Shown here piece after piece: positions 1 through 14,449 of a DNA stretch of 64,000 bases. The translations under genes and the position numbers were made by a program. The stretch is taken from the NCBI RefSeq assembly GCF_036321535.1, contig NC_087437.1:48052001-48116000 (forward strand). The letters are read 5' to 3'. Positions within the stretch are counted from its first letter, which is position 1, and every line of letters starts with the position of its first letter. The notes under the pieces are model-generated. The model searched no databases and was not told where the DNA came from. It was given only the letters and a program-made list of their open reading frames with translations. This stretch comes from Camelus dromedarius (lineage: Eukaryota).

Positions 1-814
1 CTCCGCGGATGCAGCATAGTTCTCTCTAGGCCTTACTGAGCCTCTGGGGCTTCTCCCGGCTTCTCCCTTCTGCGCCTCCCTGTGCATCTTTCCCAGGGAA
101 CTCATTGTAGCTGATGGTGCATTTAGGCTGCGGGCTAGGAAGAAAATCCAGGAGGAGGCATGGAGGAAGTCCCTCCAGGAAAGAGGCTTTTTTTTTTTAA
201 AGCCCCAAAATAGAAATATTTGGCTCTTTGTCCTAAAATTTACAATACTTTAAGCTGAGATGAATTTTCAGTGATTTTTCAATAAAATGTAAGGTATGGA
301 GGCAAAAAGGTTCACCCATACAAGGCCTTGCTAGATCTAACCGTTCAACTTGCACTTGAACAATGTTAGCTTGTGCACCTGAACAGGTTTCCAGGTCACT
401 GAAGACATGCAATCAGTGTGCACGTGGTGCTCATTGCCTTCCCTCTAGCAGAAAAGATTGTATTTTAGGGCATTTGAGCTCAATGTTAGTTGAATTGCAT
501 ATTGTCGGGTATTACGTAGTGTAAATATTGACTAGTTTGTTCCACGCAAAATATAAAACATGCCTAACGTTACTCCATGGCACGATGGGCTGGTGTTACC
601 CGCATTGTTATAAATGCATCTCACTGACCGACACTGAGACCAAGACCAGCCACAGACACTTCAGCACAGTCCCTGGCAGAAACCTGCACGCCACAGATGA
701 AATTGTTTACATCAACTGTGAAAATGCAAACACTAAATTACATCAGAAGGCGATATGGCCCTTTATAGGAAACAATAGATAGAAGTGTTGTTCACATTAG
801 GCAATTAACAATTA

Positions 815-1280
815 TCTGTTAATTTGAAAAATATTTATTCAATAGTTACTAAGTACCAGGCATTGTTCTAGATCTTGGGGTACAATGTTAAATAAGAGAC
901 AAGATCCCTTTTCTCACGGAGGTTACATTTGAGAGTGGAGAGCCAGACAACAAACAGATAAATGAAAACAAATAAGAAAAGACAAAGTGATAAATATAAG
1001 GGGGGAAAACAAAACTCTGGGTGCTGTGATAGCAACTGGTGGTCAGGTTCGGCTCTGAGTGTCTGAGGCTCTGACACTCAGGCTAGAACTTGAATGACAG
1101 GAAGGAACCTGCCACAGGAGGATCTAGGGGAAGAGTATGCCCCGCAGCGGAAAGCCAGCATGGAGACAGCGGGCAGTGAGGCTGCTGTGCAGGATGAACA
1201 GAGCACGGCAGTGCCCCCGGGGCTCACGTGGGGACGAGGAGCAGAGGAGCTGGAAAGGGGATCAGGTGCCAGGTCATGAG
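815..1280 (-). mobile_element. L2 LINE 3' region
   Basis: atatttattc...taccaggcattgttctagatcttggggtaca...aagagacaagatccct; typical reverse-complement L2 end. Confidence 0.7.
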
Positions 1281-1699
1281 ACAGAATGATGACCGAAAAA
1301 ATCAGGGTTTAAGAATGGGATAGAATGTGCAATAGAAGGAAAACTGGAATCAGAGGATATAAAAATGGAGAGTCTGGAAAAATTCAGCTTGCTCCAGGCA
1401 TGGTTTCCATCTGGGTCTTACTAGCATTTAGAACAGTCTCTGATGAAGCCAATCTGCACTGCCATTCTTTATTGGTCTTCAGATGAAAAATGTGACACTT
1501 TTAGTTCTTTTGAGAATCTTAGATTCCACTACAGGGTCTGTAACTCACCACTTTTCCCTTGATTACCAACATAATACGTGTTTATGATGGAACATTTGGA
1601 AAATGCAGATAAGCTAATGGAAGAAATAAAATCACTCTAAATCCAGCCACTCAGGGATAACTACTGTTAACATTTGGGCACAGACTCTCTTTATGCTTC

Positions 1700-1985
1700 T
1701 ATAGTGCAGTGATTTAGAATCTGGGCTCTGAGTCTGGGTGAAAAATCATGGCTTTGTAACCTGCTAAATGAGGGTTGTTCATTTCTCAGTCTATCTTAAT
1801 CGCTTATAAAATGCCACATAACTGTACACAATATCTCGTAAGCCTGTTTTCTCATCTGCAGAATGAGAACAGTAATAATATCTTGGTCATAGGACTGCTG
1901 TGAGGATTAAATGCGAATCCACGCAATGTTCCTGAGGTAGTGCCTGGCACACAGGGTGGACTCAAACATGTTAGGTATTATGCTA
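1700..1985 (+). mobile_element. MIR SINE
   Basis: MIR core gcctgttttctcatctgcagaatgag...tgtgaggattaaatg...tgcctggcacac. Confidence 0.75.
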
Positions 1986-4732
1986 TTAACATTTTATGAA
2001 GTTGGGATCATACTGTAAAACTGTCAGCATATAAACTACTATTTCAATTATCACTAGATATTTTTACATTATCTTAAATATTTTTCTATGTAGTTTTTAA
2101 TGGTTACATAGCATTTTACTACAGCGATAGTAATTTAGTTAATTCTCTGTTATGGGACACTTGGGCTATTTCCAAATTTTCACTATTAAAAAAAATTCTA
2201 CAGATAAAATATTGCAAACTTTCATGGTTATTTCTCTAGGATAAATTCTAAGAGGTGGCTGGGTCAAGGGGCAGGTATATTTCCAAGACTCTTTGAAGCA
2301 CTTTATTATGTCTTCTACTATGGACTTTGATTATACCCTGGGTAACAGTAATGTTGGGAAGTAAGTAAGTAGTTCACAGATGTGTGCATTTTTGTATGTC
2401 TGATTTACCATGAGCCTAGTGAAATACAGTCTCACCCCAACCTTGTGCCTTTTTTCTCCACACTGTTCACACCTTCTGGTCAGCATCAACCTTCCTCATT
2501 CCTTAAGGAAGCTACTCAGTTCTGGGCTTCTAGCTGAGCAAATTTGCTTACCAGTTTCTGATCTACTGAAAATTCTTACTTATCACTCACTTTACCTGAA
2601 GCTATAAACTTACAGCGTTTTTAGTATATTAGAAATCCAAGCCCCTCATCTTAACATTAAGAAACTAGTAGAGGGAGCAAGTGATTTGTCCAGTTGGTCA
2701 TCTGGTCCAGGCCATTGTTAGACAGCTACTCAAAGCTGGCTCATTTCTTTATCTTTAGTACGGAGTTCAGCAGCCAGCACATGTAGACAGCCAGTAATGT
2801 TTGCTGAATGACTACCTGAAAAAACGTATAGCCTTTTAGGATTTTGTAGCTGGAGGGGACCACAGAGGTGTGGAAAATGAGATTCATGTTGGTTAATAAG
2901 ATGTTCTTTAGTTATTAGTGACAGGTTGGAATAACAACTCAGGTCTCCTAACTCCCAGGAGAGACAAGAAGCCAGGAGAAAAAAAGGCTTTCTGGGGTGA
3001 GATGGGTGTCATGTAAAGAGATTCAACTCATTCTGCCTTGTTCTGGGAGGGCGAAGCCAGGGATAAGCAAAGCTGGTAGTGGCTAGGGGGCAAATTTCAG
3101 GGAAGAGCTTTTTAATAGTTAAGATTGTCCAAAACCGAAATAGGTTTTCTTGAAAAGAAGTGAGTTGCCCCTAATTGGAAGTGTTCAAGTAGAAACAGGT
3201 GTGTTTCAATAAATAACTTGTCAATTATGTTTGAAAAGAAAAAAAAATTGTTTTGCGTATCTGGTGGAGATAGATGACTTCTAAGGTCTCTACCAGAACT
3301 AAGATTAAGTGATTTTATGAATATATATGGATAGATAGATGGAGAATTTCCCTTGTTGCTATATTTCTTTGTAACTGTCTTTTGAGTGTGAACCCACTGT
3401 CTCTTCATTATAAATGGGACCAGATAAATTCTAAAGTCTTTACTGCCCTAAGATCCTATAGTTCTAAATACTCTTCTTTTTAGTGCTAATTCAGTGTGTA
3501 CGCACAGTAGGAGTTCAAAAGATAAATTTAAATTTGCTCTTAAGTCTGGGAATATCTACACTTTAAAGATAAACTGAGCTGCAGGCTCCATGCAGTTGAA
3601 TAATTTGATTGAACTCAGCTGGTCTCAATCAAATCAGTTGATCACATTCAAGAACCCTAAATGTGCATTAACTACTTTTTAAACAAACAAAAAGTTAAAA
3701 TTAGAAGAAATTTGGGTGGGTTGCATTGTGATGAGATAAAAGTGTTATTGGGTTTCTGAATGATAAGAAATTTGGCTGGAATTATTTCCTAGAATATAAA
3801 GAATACTTTTAATTGCAAATATGATTTAATTGTACTTCAAGTATGGAGTTACTGAAAGATTGCCCACAGTACAATAATTCATCCAAATTCTAGTCTTAAG
3901 ACATATAAATGAACCCTATTACAGAAATACTTTCAATTTTCAAGATTTCGTATCAGTAATAAAAATGGAGGTTCCGACAAGTTCATACTTGGGTTTGGGG
4001 AAAAGCTCCACTCTCAAATAGCAAACTAGCAAAGCTCCGGTGAGAATCAGAGGGCGTCTGTGACACATTCTGTGATTCTAACCAGGAAGCAAAGGGATAC
4101 AAACAGCAAAGGATGCTGTTTTTTTGGCTTTCCTTTTTCCTTTCTTTCTCTCTCTCTCAGTAGAAGCCTAAATAAGGACGTTAATATTCAAATTAAGTAT
4201 TTCATTTGACTTATCAACATTGTTACTGTTTTGGACACTCCTAACAGTAAAAAACTATGGCTCAAGTTGAGATAAACTATCCAATTGCTTAGACTATCTC
4301 AGCCCTGCCGTTTTCCCCACCCACTTAGGAAAATGTATAATACTTCAGGCGCATCAAGACCTTCTAGATTTCAGACATTGTGCTAGATGCCACAGAGATA
4401 AAAACATCAGGCATGAACCTTGGCCTCACAGAAGCACAGCAAATACAGAGCACAGGTTCATCACGGAACCCAGACAAGGCTCAGAGTTCTTTCTGACCCA
4501 AGACTCCAGACAGCCGCTGCTCAGCTACCACAGAATTGGCATAAAAGATAACACCTATTAGTCACTCCTGTGGGAAGTCAAAAGTTTTCTAGTAACAGGT
4601 TTCATCCTAACAATCACAGTTATGGTTATTTCATGTCTAAAAAGCAAGACCCATTTCATAGTATCCTGCTGAAGTCTGAGTTTTTCTGAATTCCACTCTC
4701 AGAAACATGAAACACAAAAACAAACAAGTTAC

Positions 4733-4828
4733 CTCCACTGCTGCTTTTGCCCTTTCAAATTCCTCTTCTAAGGAGTGGTTTCTGGAAAGCAAAGCGCTTC
4801 CCCAGCGCTGTTCCTTGGTCAGTCGAGC
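4733..4828 (-). CDS. PEX5L: PEX5L exon 9 (96 nt, phase 0-0): ARLTKEQRWGSALLSRNHSLEEEFERAKAAVE
   Basis: atttcag|GCT CGA CTG...GTG GAG|gtaact. Contains the EEEFE core that binds the HCN cyclic-nucleotide-binding domain. Lies within ORF-track entry 4637..4846(-). Confidence 0.97.
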
Positions 4829-6394
4829 CTGAAATAAACCAAACACGTGGTGTTATAGTTTTGGAATCACGTAATACAAAAATGCAAATATTTTTCCTTT
4901 TCCCATAGTCCCCTAGAGTTTAAGAACCTGCAACTGATGTCATTTTTGTACTACTTTGCAAGCATGACGTTGCCCAAACGGGAAAGACGCCAAAACGTGT
5001 ACAAGTCCCGGAACAGTGGCGCTCAGCTCTGGTCCTATTAAAACCAACGCCTAGGCTCAACCTCCCAAAGATCTTACTTCTCATTGGTCTTCGTTCTGGG
5101 CGTTGCTATTTTAGTTAAGTCTCCCCATGTGATGCTAATATGCAGCTAGGAAGGAGAATCTCCGTTAGCGGGCTGGGCATAAAAGCTATCTGAGCTTTCA
5201 GCTTGTTAGGAGGACTAGCCTCATGTGAAACTGTGAAAGCTGCAGAGATGGACGGCAGCTGCCAGGTCTTTCTTCTTAGAAACACAGCAGGGCATCCTGC
5301 TGAATTCCCTTTCCTTGGCCTCCCCTCTTTTGGCACACACCTGCCTCATGTCCTGTGTCCTCAGGACGCTGCTCTCTGCTAAATAATAAAATCACTTAGG
5401 TAAAATCTCGTCTGGTAACACCAACTGCTTTTTCACAATTAACAGGTAATATGATACAGAACTTGGCTAAATGCAAATATTTCCAGAAGATCCCCCATAA
5501 GGGGTTTGCTGAAATTAAAAGAAAATTATTACTTTTTAATTCCACAATGAATACATTCTTTTTGAAAAAAATTAATCATGAAGAAAGTGTAATGCTAGAC
5601 CTTTTTTTCTTTGAAGTAACATATATTTACACACCCTTAGATAGAATATTGCAATGTGTTTCAAAAATTCTTTTTAAACACAACTGGTATGCTATTCTGT
5701 GGCTTACTTTTTTCTACTCAACAATGTATCCTTCAGTCTCCACATTTCATTCATGTAGCTCTACCTCAGTCTTTCCCCAGTATTTCCTAGTAAGTATATA
5801 CTGTACTTTGATCAGAATTCTCCTCATGAGAATTATCCCCGTGTTTCTGATTTTTCGCCACCTAATTGCTTGTTTTCTTGTCTATCTTGCTCTGCTGTGG
5901 GATCCACATGGGTAGGGTTTTTGTGTGGTAACTTCTGCAGTGGCCCAGACAGAGCCCAGGGCCTGACAAGAGATGTATGCCCAAGGACGCTGAGGCCAGG
6001 CCTTGGGGAGGAGGAGGGGAGAGGCTTGCAGCGAAGTCTCCCTGCCCCTTTCACTGCGGGGGCAGGGTGGCTCCTTAGCCGATGTGGCAGATTGATGTTA
6101 TGCAGGGATATTCAACCTCCGCTTCTACAGGAATTACTCGAACAGGCCTGGGTCCCAACCCAGACCAATGATACAATCTATGAAGCTGGGGTCCCTGGGC
6201 ATTAAATGTTTGAAAAGCTCCTGTGGCGATTTTGAAAAGCAGTCATGTTTGAAAATCACTGTTCTACAGCAAAACATGGCTCGTCACCCAGCACTTACCA
6301 TCTATGCTGCTCAGCCGTTTCTCAGTCTTTCTCCACCATCACTGGTCCTAAAGAGGAACCCCTCCCCCCGACCTTTTATGATTACACAGGAGTA

Positions 6395-6600
6395 AAACCA
6401 GGGCTCACTACATGCCAGATGCTGCTCCAAGCCCTTTACTTACTATAATTCATGCCTTTTCAACAACCTGAGGTAGGTATTACCATAAACTCCATGACAT
6501 TGAGGCACAGAGAGATTAATTAACTTGCCCCATGTCTCTCAGCTAGTAAGTGGCAGGGCTGGTGCTTTGGGGCCGTGCTCATAACCACTGCCCTATAGTG
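6395..6600 (-). mobile_element. MIR SINE
   Basis: tgaggcacagagagattaattaacttgccc...cagctagtaagtggcag. Confidence 0.72.
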
Positions 6601-8429
6601 CCTCTCACAGGAGGCTGTGCTCAACTGAACATTATAGAAGATGCAAAATAGAGAAAAGCTGTCCCTTGGAGGTTCATGCATGGTTGAGGGAGTCAGCCAA
6701 GAAGCCTTCAAGAATACTGTGGACTGAAAATAATAATGAAGTAATTATTAGGAAAACTTTTGAGCATAAACAATAGTCAGACTGTATTTTGCTTTAATGA
6801 ATGTGAAAGGTTAATCTATTGGAACATTAATTTACGTTTTGTCCTCCTTGATGTATTCCCTGCCATATCCCTGGTATCTCCTGCAAAGAACAGGTGCTCC
6901 ATAAATAATCAGTAAATATTTGTTGCAAATAATGCTGCTGGGAATATATGAGTGAATGAATTAAAGGCATTTCTCTCCCCAACTCCCAGAAGGAAGCTCT
7001 GTGTCCTCAGTCAAGGTCTTCTGACCAGTCCAGAGGCTAAGGAGGGTTTAGAGGAGATTGAGCGGGATTTGTCTTTCTGCCTGTGCCTGGAGTGGCAGAG
7101 TTCTGTGCCAGCAAGCCCTGGTTTTGGGGGGTAGGTAATGGAACTTTTTCTAATCCAGACAATTAAGACAGGGAGGGGGAGGGAATCTCCAAAAACATAA
7201 GCAAGATTGATCATCATGGGTCCCAGAAGTTAGGATGTGAACATGTCTTCTGGGGAGCCCCCATTCAGCCTACTGCCATCCTCATCTGACACTCTTGGGT
7301 GACTATTTTTGATCAACAAATATAAAGGTGCAGACGATTTATAACCTTTTAGAATTTATAGCTTGTTAGGGTGTTACAGCCTGGTAGAGAAGCTAACCTC
7401 AAAAATAATATGACTTTATTGTCTTGTTGAAAGTTAATTTTGTATCTAACCTGGTAAACTTATTTTGGCATTTCTTTCCCAACTGGCTACATAAATCTCT
7501 GTTCCTTAATCCTTTGCTTTTGCCTTCCTGCTGGTTCCTTCATTAATGAAATAAGCAAACAAATACATTTTAAAAATGTGGACATGTGGTAAGAAATATA
7601 CTTCGTGCACTTATATAATAACGTCATGAATGACATTAGGAGAAGAAAGAATGCACTAATATTTTTGTCCCAAGCCACTTTCATTTATTAGAGGCACTTT
7701 TCAGCAGTGAAATACGATGTCTTTCCTGTGAAGCCTGACCTAACAGGACTCCATTACTGTCACTGGCTTCCTTTCATTAATGTTTCACGACCCAAGTGGA
7801 TTATGAATCACAGGATGCAAAAGTCACCATATATCAGGAAGAAGGGGAAATCTCTCTCTCAGGAGTCGACTAGTTCGTATTCTCTTTACTACTTAAAACT
7901 GCAAGTGTAAATAGAATCTCACTGTGAAAATGAAATTTTATTTTGATAGCACAATTACTATTTAGGTAAGTGCTATTTTCTACATTGTTAGAAAAGCCTT
8001 ATGTTATTACTAATTCAAATCTTATTGAGCTCACATTTTAAAGCTATTTACTTTGCCCAAGGAAGCATAAAATAAAAGTTATAAAATATAAGCAGATACT
8101 GAATGTAAACAGAGGCAGTTTTCAAGCTGAGAGCAGTATACATCTAAAGGTTCTGAAACTTTTTAGCAACTCAGCAGTGTGCCCAGCGTGCTGATGTAGG
8201 ACTGAGAACGAAATACAGATTACAGCACATAGTAAAGAGCAGCCTTCCTTTCAAGTAACATTTTTTTTTTACATCCAATTTCTTTACAGGCAAAACTGTA
8301 ATACGGGAAAACAAATAAGTAATGCTTGTAAACTGCAGACATTTCTTAGTATTTAACTAGAGGAATGATAAGCCAGACAATTACACCCGTAAACTTGAGT
8401 TGCAGCTATTTTGGTGGCACAATGGCTGT

Positions 8430-8622
8430 CCCGGCAGGTCTCAAGCTTTCGTTCACATTGGAATCACCTGGAGGTCTTGCTCAAGCACAATCTGCAGGAT
8501 CCACCCCCTGGGTTTCTGAGTCAGTAGGTGTGGGGTGGGGTCGTGGAATCATCATTTCTAACAAGTTTCCAGGTGACCCTGACACCGCTGTCTAGGGACA
8601 AAACACGCCCTGGGAACTTCTG
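8430..8622. mobile_element. MER5A-like hAT-Charlie element
   Basis: cattggaatcacctggagg...tttctgagtcagtaggt...catttctaacaagtttccaggtga. Confidence 0.82.
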
Positions 8623-9179
8623 ATACTGCCATTGTGGGCACGTGGGTGGAACTCTGGAGCTCACAAATATATTCTGACGTAGGCATTTCTTTTCTTCTTT
8701 GTATGATTTTTAAAAATGCTCCGCAGTTAACAGCAACTTCCTGGAAGTGCCTTGGCTTTAAAAACAGCACTTTAATTGGTTTAAGCTAATTGGATTTTAG
8801 GGAATTACACTCTCAAGAGAAGAAAGCATTTAATTCCTCCAGCTGTTGATTGCACTGGATGATCGGAATTAGGTGAAGGGAAAGAAAAAAGCATGAAATA
8901 ATTCTAAAAATAATGTTTCCTCTCTTTATTCAAAATTATGATTGTGATCAAAATTATGATTTGCACATTACTGTGTTTGTGGTTGTCCTGGCATAATTTT
9001 GTTGGCTAACCTCTGTATCAGTCATTCATAGCTTCTCGTACAATTGCCTTTACATTATTGCTAGAGGTGTTCCACCAAAACACATTTTTAAAAAGCTCAG
9101 CATCTTTCCAAAAGAAACTGAAGGAGAAAAGGGATCTGCTTAACCTAGAAAAGAAAAATATAACAACTAGCAGACCTTA

Positions 9180-9425
9180 CACAACAGTCATTAAAGGCTT
9201 AATCTCTGAAGTCAGACTGCATGGGGCTAAATCCTGTTTTACCACTAACCACTACCTGGTGACCCTGGACAAATTACTTAATCTCAATAACCCTCAGTAG
9301 TTTCATTTGCAAAGGGCATAGTCACTCATAGAGTCCACAGAAGAACTGAGCGCAATAGTTCATATAAACACACACACGAAATGCTCAGTACAGAGTAAGT
9401 GCTCAATAAAACTGGCTTTGTTATG
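9180..9425 (+). mobile_element. MIR SINE
   Basis: ctctgaagtcagactgc...gtgaccctggacaaattacttaatctc...agtaagtgctcaataaa. Confidence 0.72.
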
Positions 9426-12400
9426 ATCATTTTTCTGGTTAGTGCTTATCAAATGTACTTTGGAAATTCATTAAAAAATCTGTGGTTGGAGTGCTTTTGT
9501 TTAGTGGTTGATGGAGACTAGCTGGACTTTTACGCTAGTGTAGATCGTTTAAACATTTGCTTTATTGAGATGGTCAGGATATTTTTTCTTAATCAGTCAA
9601 CAGACATTTATCACTGAAAGCACACAAAAAGCCTGCACCTCGAGCAAGAGCAAATTCCTAGAACTTTGTGCAAAGGCAGGCAGCACGTGGTTCTCATCTC
9701 CACCCAACTATGAAATTCTGTTATGAAACATCAAGGCGAATCAGGGCTAATTTTTAAAAAAGATGGACAGTCTATTATCATGCATAACTAAAAATTATTT
9801 TCAAAACTAGCTTCAAAATGATAAAATTTTGTCCTTTCATTTTTTCTTCCCTTTAATTAACCATTAGCCTTTACTTTCAATTTTTTTAACTTGACGTTTT
9901 ATTTCTTCTTTTTGTTAGCATCTTTATTTTTTTTCATTTTAAGAAGTATTTGTTGAGTACCTAGAATGTGCAGATTTCCTACTATGCTGAAGTGATCTTC
10001 AGATTTCTTTCCTTCCTTTTTGCCTTCTCTCTGCCTTCTTTGCTTTGTTCCTTCCTTCCTTCCATCTTCCCTTGTTTCCTTCCTCACTGGTGGCTCACAT
10101 GAATGGCCAGGAGGGGAAAAGGGATGTTGATGTGGCTCCTGTACTGTCTTCCAAACAGCAAAGTGATATTTATAGTGTCCTATCTAATTGTTTCTATTAG
10201 ACATAAAGGTCTTCATACCTCCTATAATCTTATCTCATCTTTCTAGCTTTTCCACTGCCTCACTTGTGGCTTGATGGACAGTGGACATTCAACCTCATTT
10301 GTTGAACTGAAATGGAATGAAACGGAAGCCATCAGGATTTCTAAGAGTAAGAGGTTGAGAATGAATTTGGGAGGAGAGGCACAAACGTGTGTATGGCCTC
10401 AGATCAGATGACAACCCTAATTCATCTTGCAGTTTCCGGAAGAAAGTGATAGCCTTGAATATCGCTTAACTCATATTAACCGTATAAACTTAAGCAATAA
10501 TCAGGGCTTGCAGTGAGAAGGGAAATGGATGGTTTGTGAGTTCTCTCAGGTGGATAAACTCAATGTGGCTGATGGGAGGCGATGTGTGATGAAGAACAAG
10601 GGCTTTAGAAGCTGATGGGTGTGGTTTGAGGGCTGGCTCCTCCTCTCCATCTTAGCTGCGTCATCTTGAGAAAATTAGCTGTCTTCTAAAATGCATTTCT
10701 CGTCTGAGAAATGCAGATAATATTAATTGCCAAGATTACCGTAAACATTTCAAATAATATATTAGAAGTGTCTCATATTACTATCAACATGCATTTACCT
10801 TACTCATTTTTTACATTACATTTACATTTACATTACTTTTATATTACTCCTTTAGAAATTTAGAAAACACATTTGCACTTTTATCTTAAAGTTTAAATTG
10901 TTCTGGTTTGGGGTACTGCCAACTGGATGGAATTATGACTATGCACAAGGAAGCATTTGCTGTGCCAAAGTTAGCCACATCAGAGAGTTACATGATTGTG
11001 CCTTGGTATCTGGGGAGCCTGGCTGATGAATTGACTCCTGAAGTCCAGCCTAGGTTGGGAAGAGCCTGTGTTGGCACTGTCCCTACAGTGTCCAGACTTG
11101 AAAAAGAAATGCTTGAACCATCACTCTCCAGCAGAAAGTGGATTCTTTTTCTTTTGCCTCACCACTATCTCACTGAAAAAGCTAATTTTATATCATTACC
11201 TTCTGTGTTTTTCCTCAGTTCTTCAAATGTTTTCTAATTTTTCAGATTGCGTGATTTCTTTAAACAATTAACTCCAGGGAATACTAAGTACACAGTTTGC
11301 ATAATGTCAAGAAAATTTATTCTTAAATCTACAGAGATTATATAATTTATTATAATCTTCTGCCACTCTGATTAGTGTATTCAAAATACTATTTGAAGGA
11401 GACTTGTTTATGTTTTTCTTTTTCCCCATCTTGCAAAGAAAACAAGCTAACATGAGATTTCTTCCTATTGTAAACTTTCATTCTCTTTGTGATTCTGAAA
11501 TATGATTTTTAAGCAAGGCTTGTAAATAGCTCCTCACTGGTTGAACTAAAATAATTTACATTAGCTTGAGAGAAAAGACATATCCTTGATTTTCCTGTGA
11601 ACCATTTGAGTGATGGTGGAACAGTAATAAATTTTGGTGAGCTGAAATTGTTTACCTGAATAGTTTGCAAGTTGAAATGTTACATCACCTCAGCATCTTA
11701 TTTATGTAAAGAGAGCATATATTTAAAAGCAGTATGCTTCTAACAGTAAAAACATCTTTCTGCCCTTTATTACTAACAGATGAATCAGTCTAGTCTCTTG
11801 CTGCTCCACTGGAGTGACTTCGTATCTTAGATGATTAAATCCCAAATTCATGAAATTTTCCTTATTTAACCACAGGCTGGAATTAAAACTTGGAGATTAT
11901 AAATTTCCTTAGTTCAGGCAAATCTTGGTAAGTAAACATGCAGTGCTTTAAAAAAAACAATTTAAGGGATAAATTCTTTACAAATAATTGGTAACCCTCT
12001 AAAAGGATTCACTACATTTTATCTAGACAGAGAACTATCACAGGGCACTTTACCTGATGTTTTGGAGGACAATGTTGGGAATCTCATACAAATTTTCTGA
12101 AGCACATTGTGTCTGCTTAAAGGCACACCAGTGGGTAAGTGGAAGGAGGATGTGGTGGGATGAAATCAGACAACCAGCTGGAAAGTAGCAGTCATTGGAA
12201 TAATAAGATAAATGCATTGTGGGTCTCCAAGGCAACTGAGGACCCCGGCTGCTCCTCCGCCCTCCAGCTCCGTGTGCAACAGCCAAGTCTCCCCCTGCTG
12301 CAGGAACAAGCGTTCTATGGCTCCATTAAATCGTTCTAAGGATTCCAGTTTATGAAATAGTACCGATTACTTTAGCTGAGTCTAAATCTCTAATGCACTT

Positions 12401-13853
12401 ATCAAGAAATGTTTCTCTAATAAATGTTACCAATTTGCTTTGAAAAATATACATGTAGAATGAACACAGAGGAAGAAAATACATTTTCATGCTACATTAA
12501 CAATTCATTAAGCTTCCCAGGGTTATTTGCTCTGGAAGTCAGTGGATTTGTTTTCCAGCAGAGTTCTGGGAGCGGTAATTGCCCACCTTTCTCTTGCAGA
12601 GGGTGAGGTGTAGGGAAGGGTGCTGTTAATGGCCTAGAAAGATTTCCAGAGGTCTTCCATTTCCTCATCATTTCCTCTCTCTCTGTGTCTTCCTTCTCTA
12701 TGCCACTTATTAAGTTGTAGGCACAGTGACAATTTTCTTAGTCTCACTGTGCCTTAGTTTCCCCTTTTATAAAATGGGGACATTTATAAAAAATTATTTA
12801 TTACCCCATAAATAAACCTACCTTACAGAGTCATTTGTCAGGATCAAGCAAGCTAATTAATATGTACTGGAGGGCTTCTCACAGCACTCAGTAATATCTG
12901 CTATTATCAGAGTTAAGCCTTTACTTCATCCCAGACACTACACCTCCCCTCTTAGTTTCAATATCTTATCTAGTAAACTCAAGAAAATCTCTCTTGCTCA
13001 TTTCATCCCACTTATTTGCCAACTATATGGTAGATGCATGAATGTGGACACATTTCTTAAGAGATCTTTACGGTTTTAGACCAAGGCTGTACCCTTGTAA
13101 AGTGTTTGAGCAAATGAAAAGATTGAGAATCCCTTGGGCCTGCTTGGCACAGCCCTCACCATAGTGGCAACTAGTTACAGACGAGACAGTTACACTGGAG
13201 TCAAGGGTCGAGTAGCGGACAGACGGGTCTGGTTCACACCCTGCTTCTGCCCGTGATTAGCTGGGCGCCCCAGAAAAGGATTTTGACTTCACCAAGATTC
13301 TTCAAAGACCTTTAAAGTGAGGCTAATGCTAATTCACAGGATTACTTAGGTATTAGATGTAACATATGAAAAGCACATAGTAAAGTCCCTAATACTTAGT
13401 GGGTCCTCTCAAATGTCGCTCTTAGTCTTACCATGACGGCTAGTGCTGTAATTATTTATTCCTTAGCAGTCACGTTCCTGATGTGTACGTGCCTTGGTCT
13501 GCAGGGCATAAATGTGATGAGTGCTCAAGACGTAATTTCCTTCTACTTGGGTCTGTTATATAAATAGTGCTAACGGTGCAGTAGAACAGATTTTGTATTG
13601 AAAAATAATGGAACAGTAGGTGGTATAACAAGGAAAAAGTGCTAGGTACAAAGTGACTTCAGCGACACATTTTCCAGCCAAATCTATCCTTCTCTCTATC
13701 TGAGTCATCAGTTTAAGCATTGAGACAGATGCTGAGTGAGAAAGTACATGAAATACAAAATACAGAAGAAACACTTCAACCTTTTCTGTGAAAATTTAAA
13801 TAAAATGTTTATGATTATAAAAGACAGGTACATTGAGGAGTTGGTTTTGTTAC

Positions 13854-13950
13854 CTGTGTTGGAGGCACTAATTCCAGCTCCGAAGCCGACTCAGAGTTCA
13901 AGGCGCTTTTCCCACCACTCAGTTCTGGTTGAGATCTGTGCTCTGAGGAC
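13854..13950 (-). CDS. PEX5L: PEX5L exon 8 (97 nt, phase 2-0): (W)SSEHRSQPELSGGKSALNSESASELELVPPTQ
   Basis: ccttatag|G TCC TCA GAG...CCA ACA CAG|gtaaca. Confidence 0.97.
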
Positions 13951-14449
13951 CTATAAGGGATGCATGAAGGAGAGTCATGTACATCGACAAGCAAATTCAG
14001 CTAGAAACCCAGCCAAGAAACTCGGCGAATTTGGATCACCGAGAACCGTGGTCACAAAGCTCTCATCAGCCTTTTGATGAAAAAGATAACATATATTTCT
14101 GTTATAATGATCATGTTTGGAATTTAAGTGGAATTTAAGGCTGCAGTGTGCTAGGTGTTATTGTCTTTGGTTTAGAATTCAGTCCAGTTATGCGTAAAAA
14201 GTAAATAAATGCAATGCCATTTTTGTTATTGAAAGTTCTGCTTCATTAAAAAAGTAATTCTGGGGGAGCAGGGAGCTTTCTCATAAAGTGCCTCAGTGAG
14301 ATTTGATCTTTCTATAGAATTTGGATGTCATAATAAATGGAGATGTGTGAGGGGCAACAGGAAACTGAAACATGCCGTCCCTTAGGAAGCTTTAAAAACA
14401 TGGTAAAATTCAAGTGGCTAGTTTTTCTCATGGGCACCCATGGATTATT

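Noticed and set aside
1..4732. PEX5L exon 10 (SDTEFWDKMQ...)
   Set aside because: Not found by eye; presumed to lie beyond the left edge of the window.
5451..5915. 154-aa plus-strand ORF
   Set aside because: Low-complexity F/L/I-rich translation of AT-rich, probably old L1-derived intron sequence; no recognisable protein.
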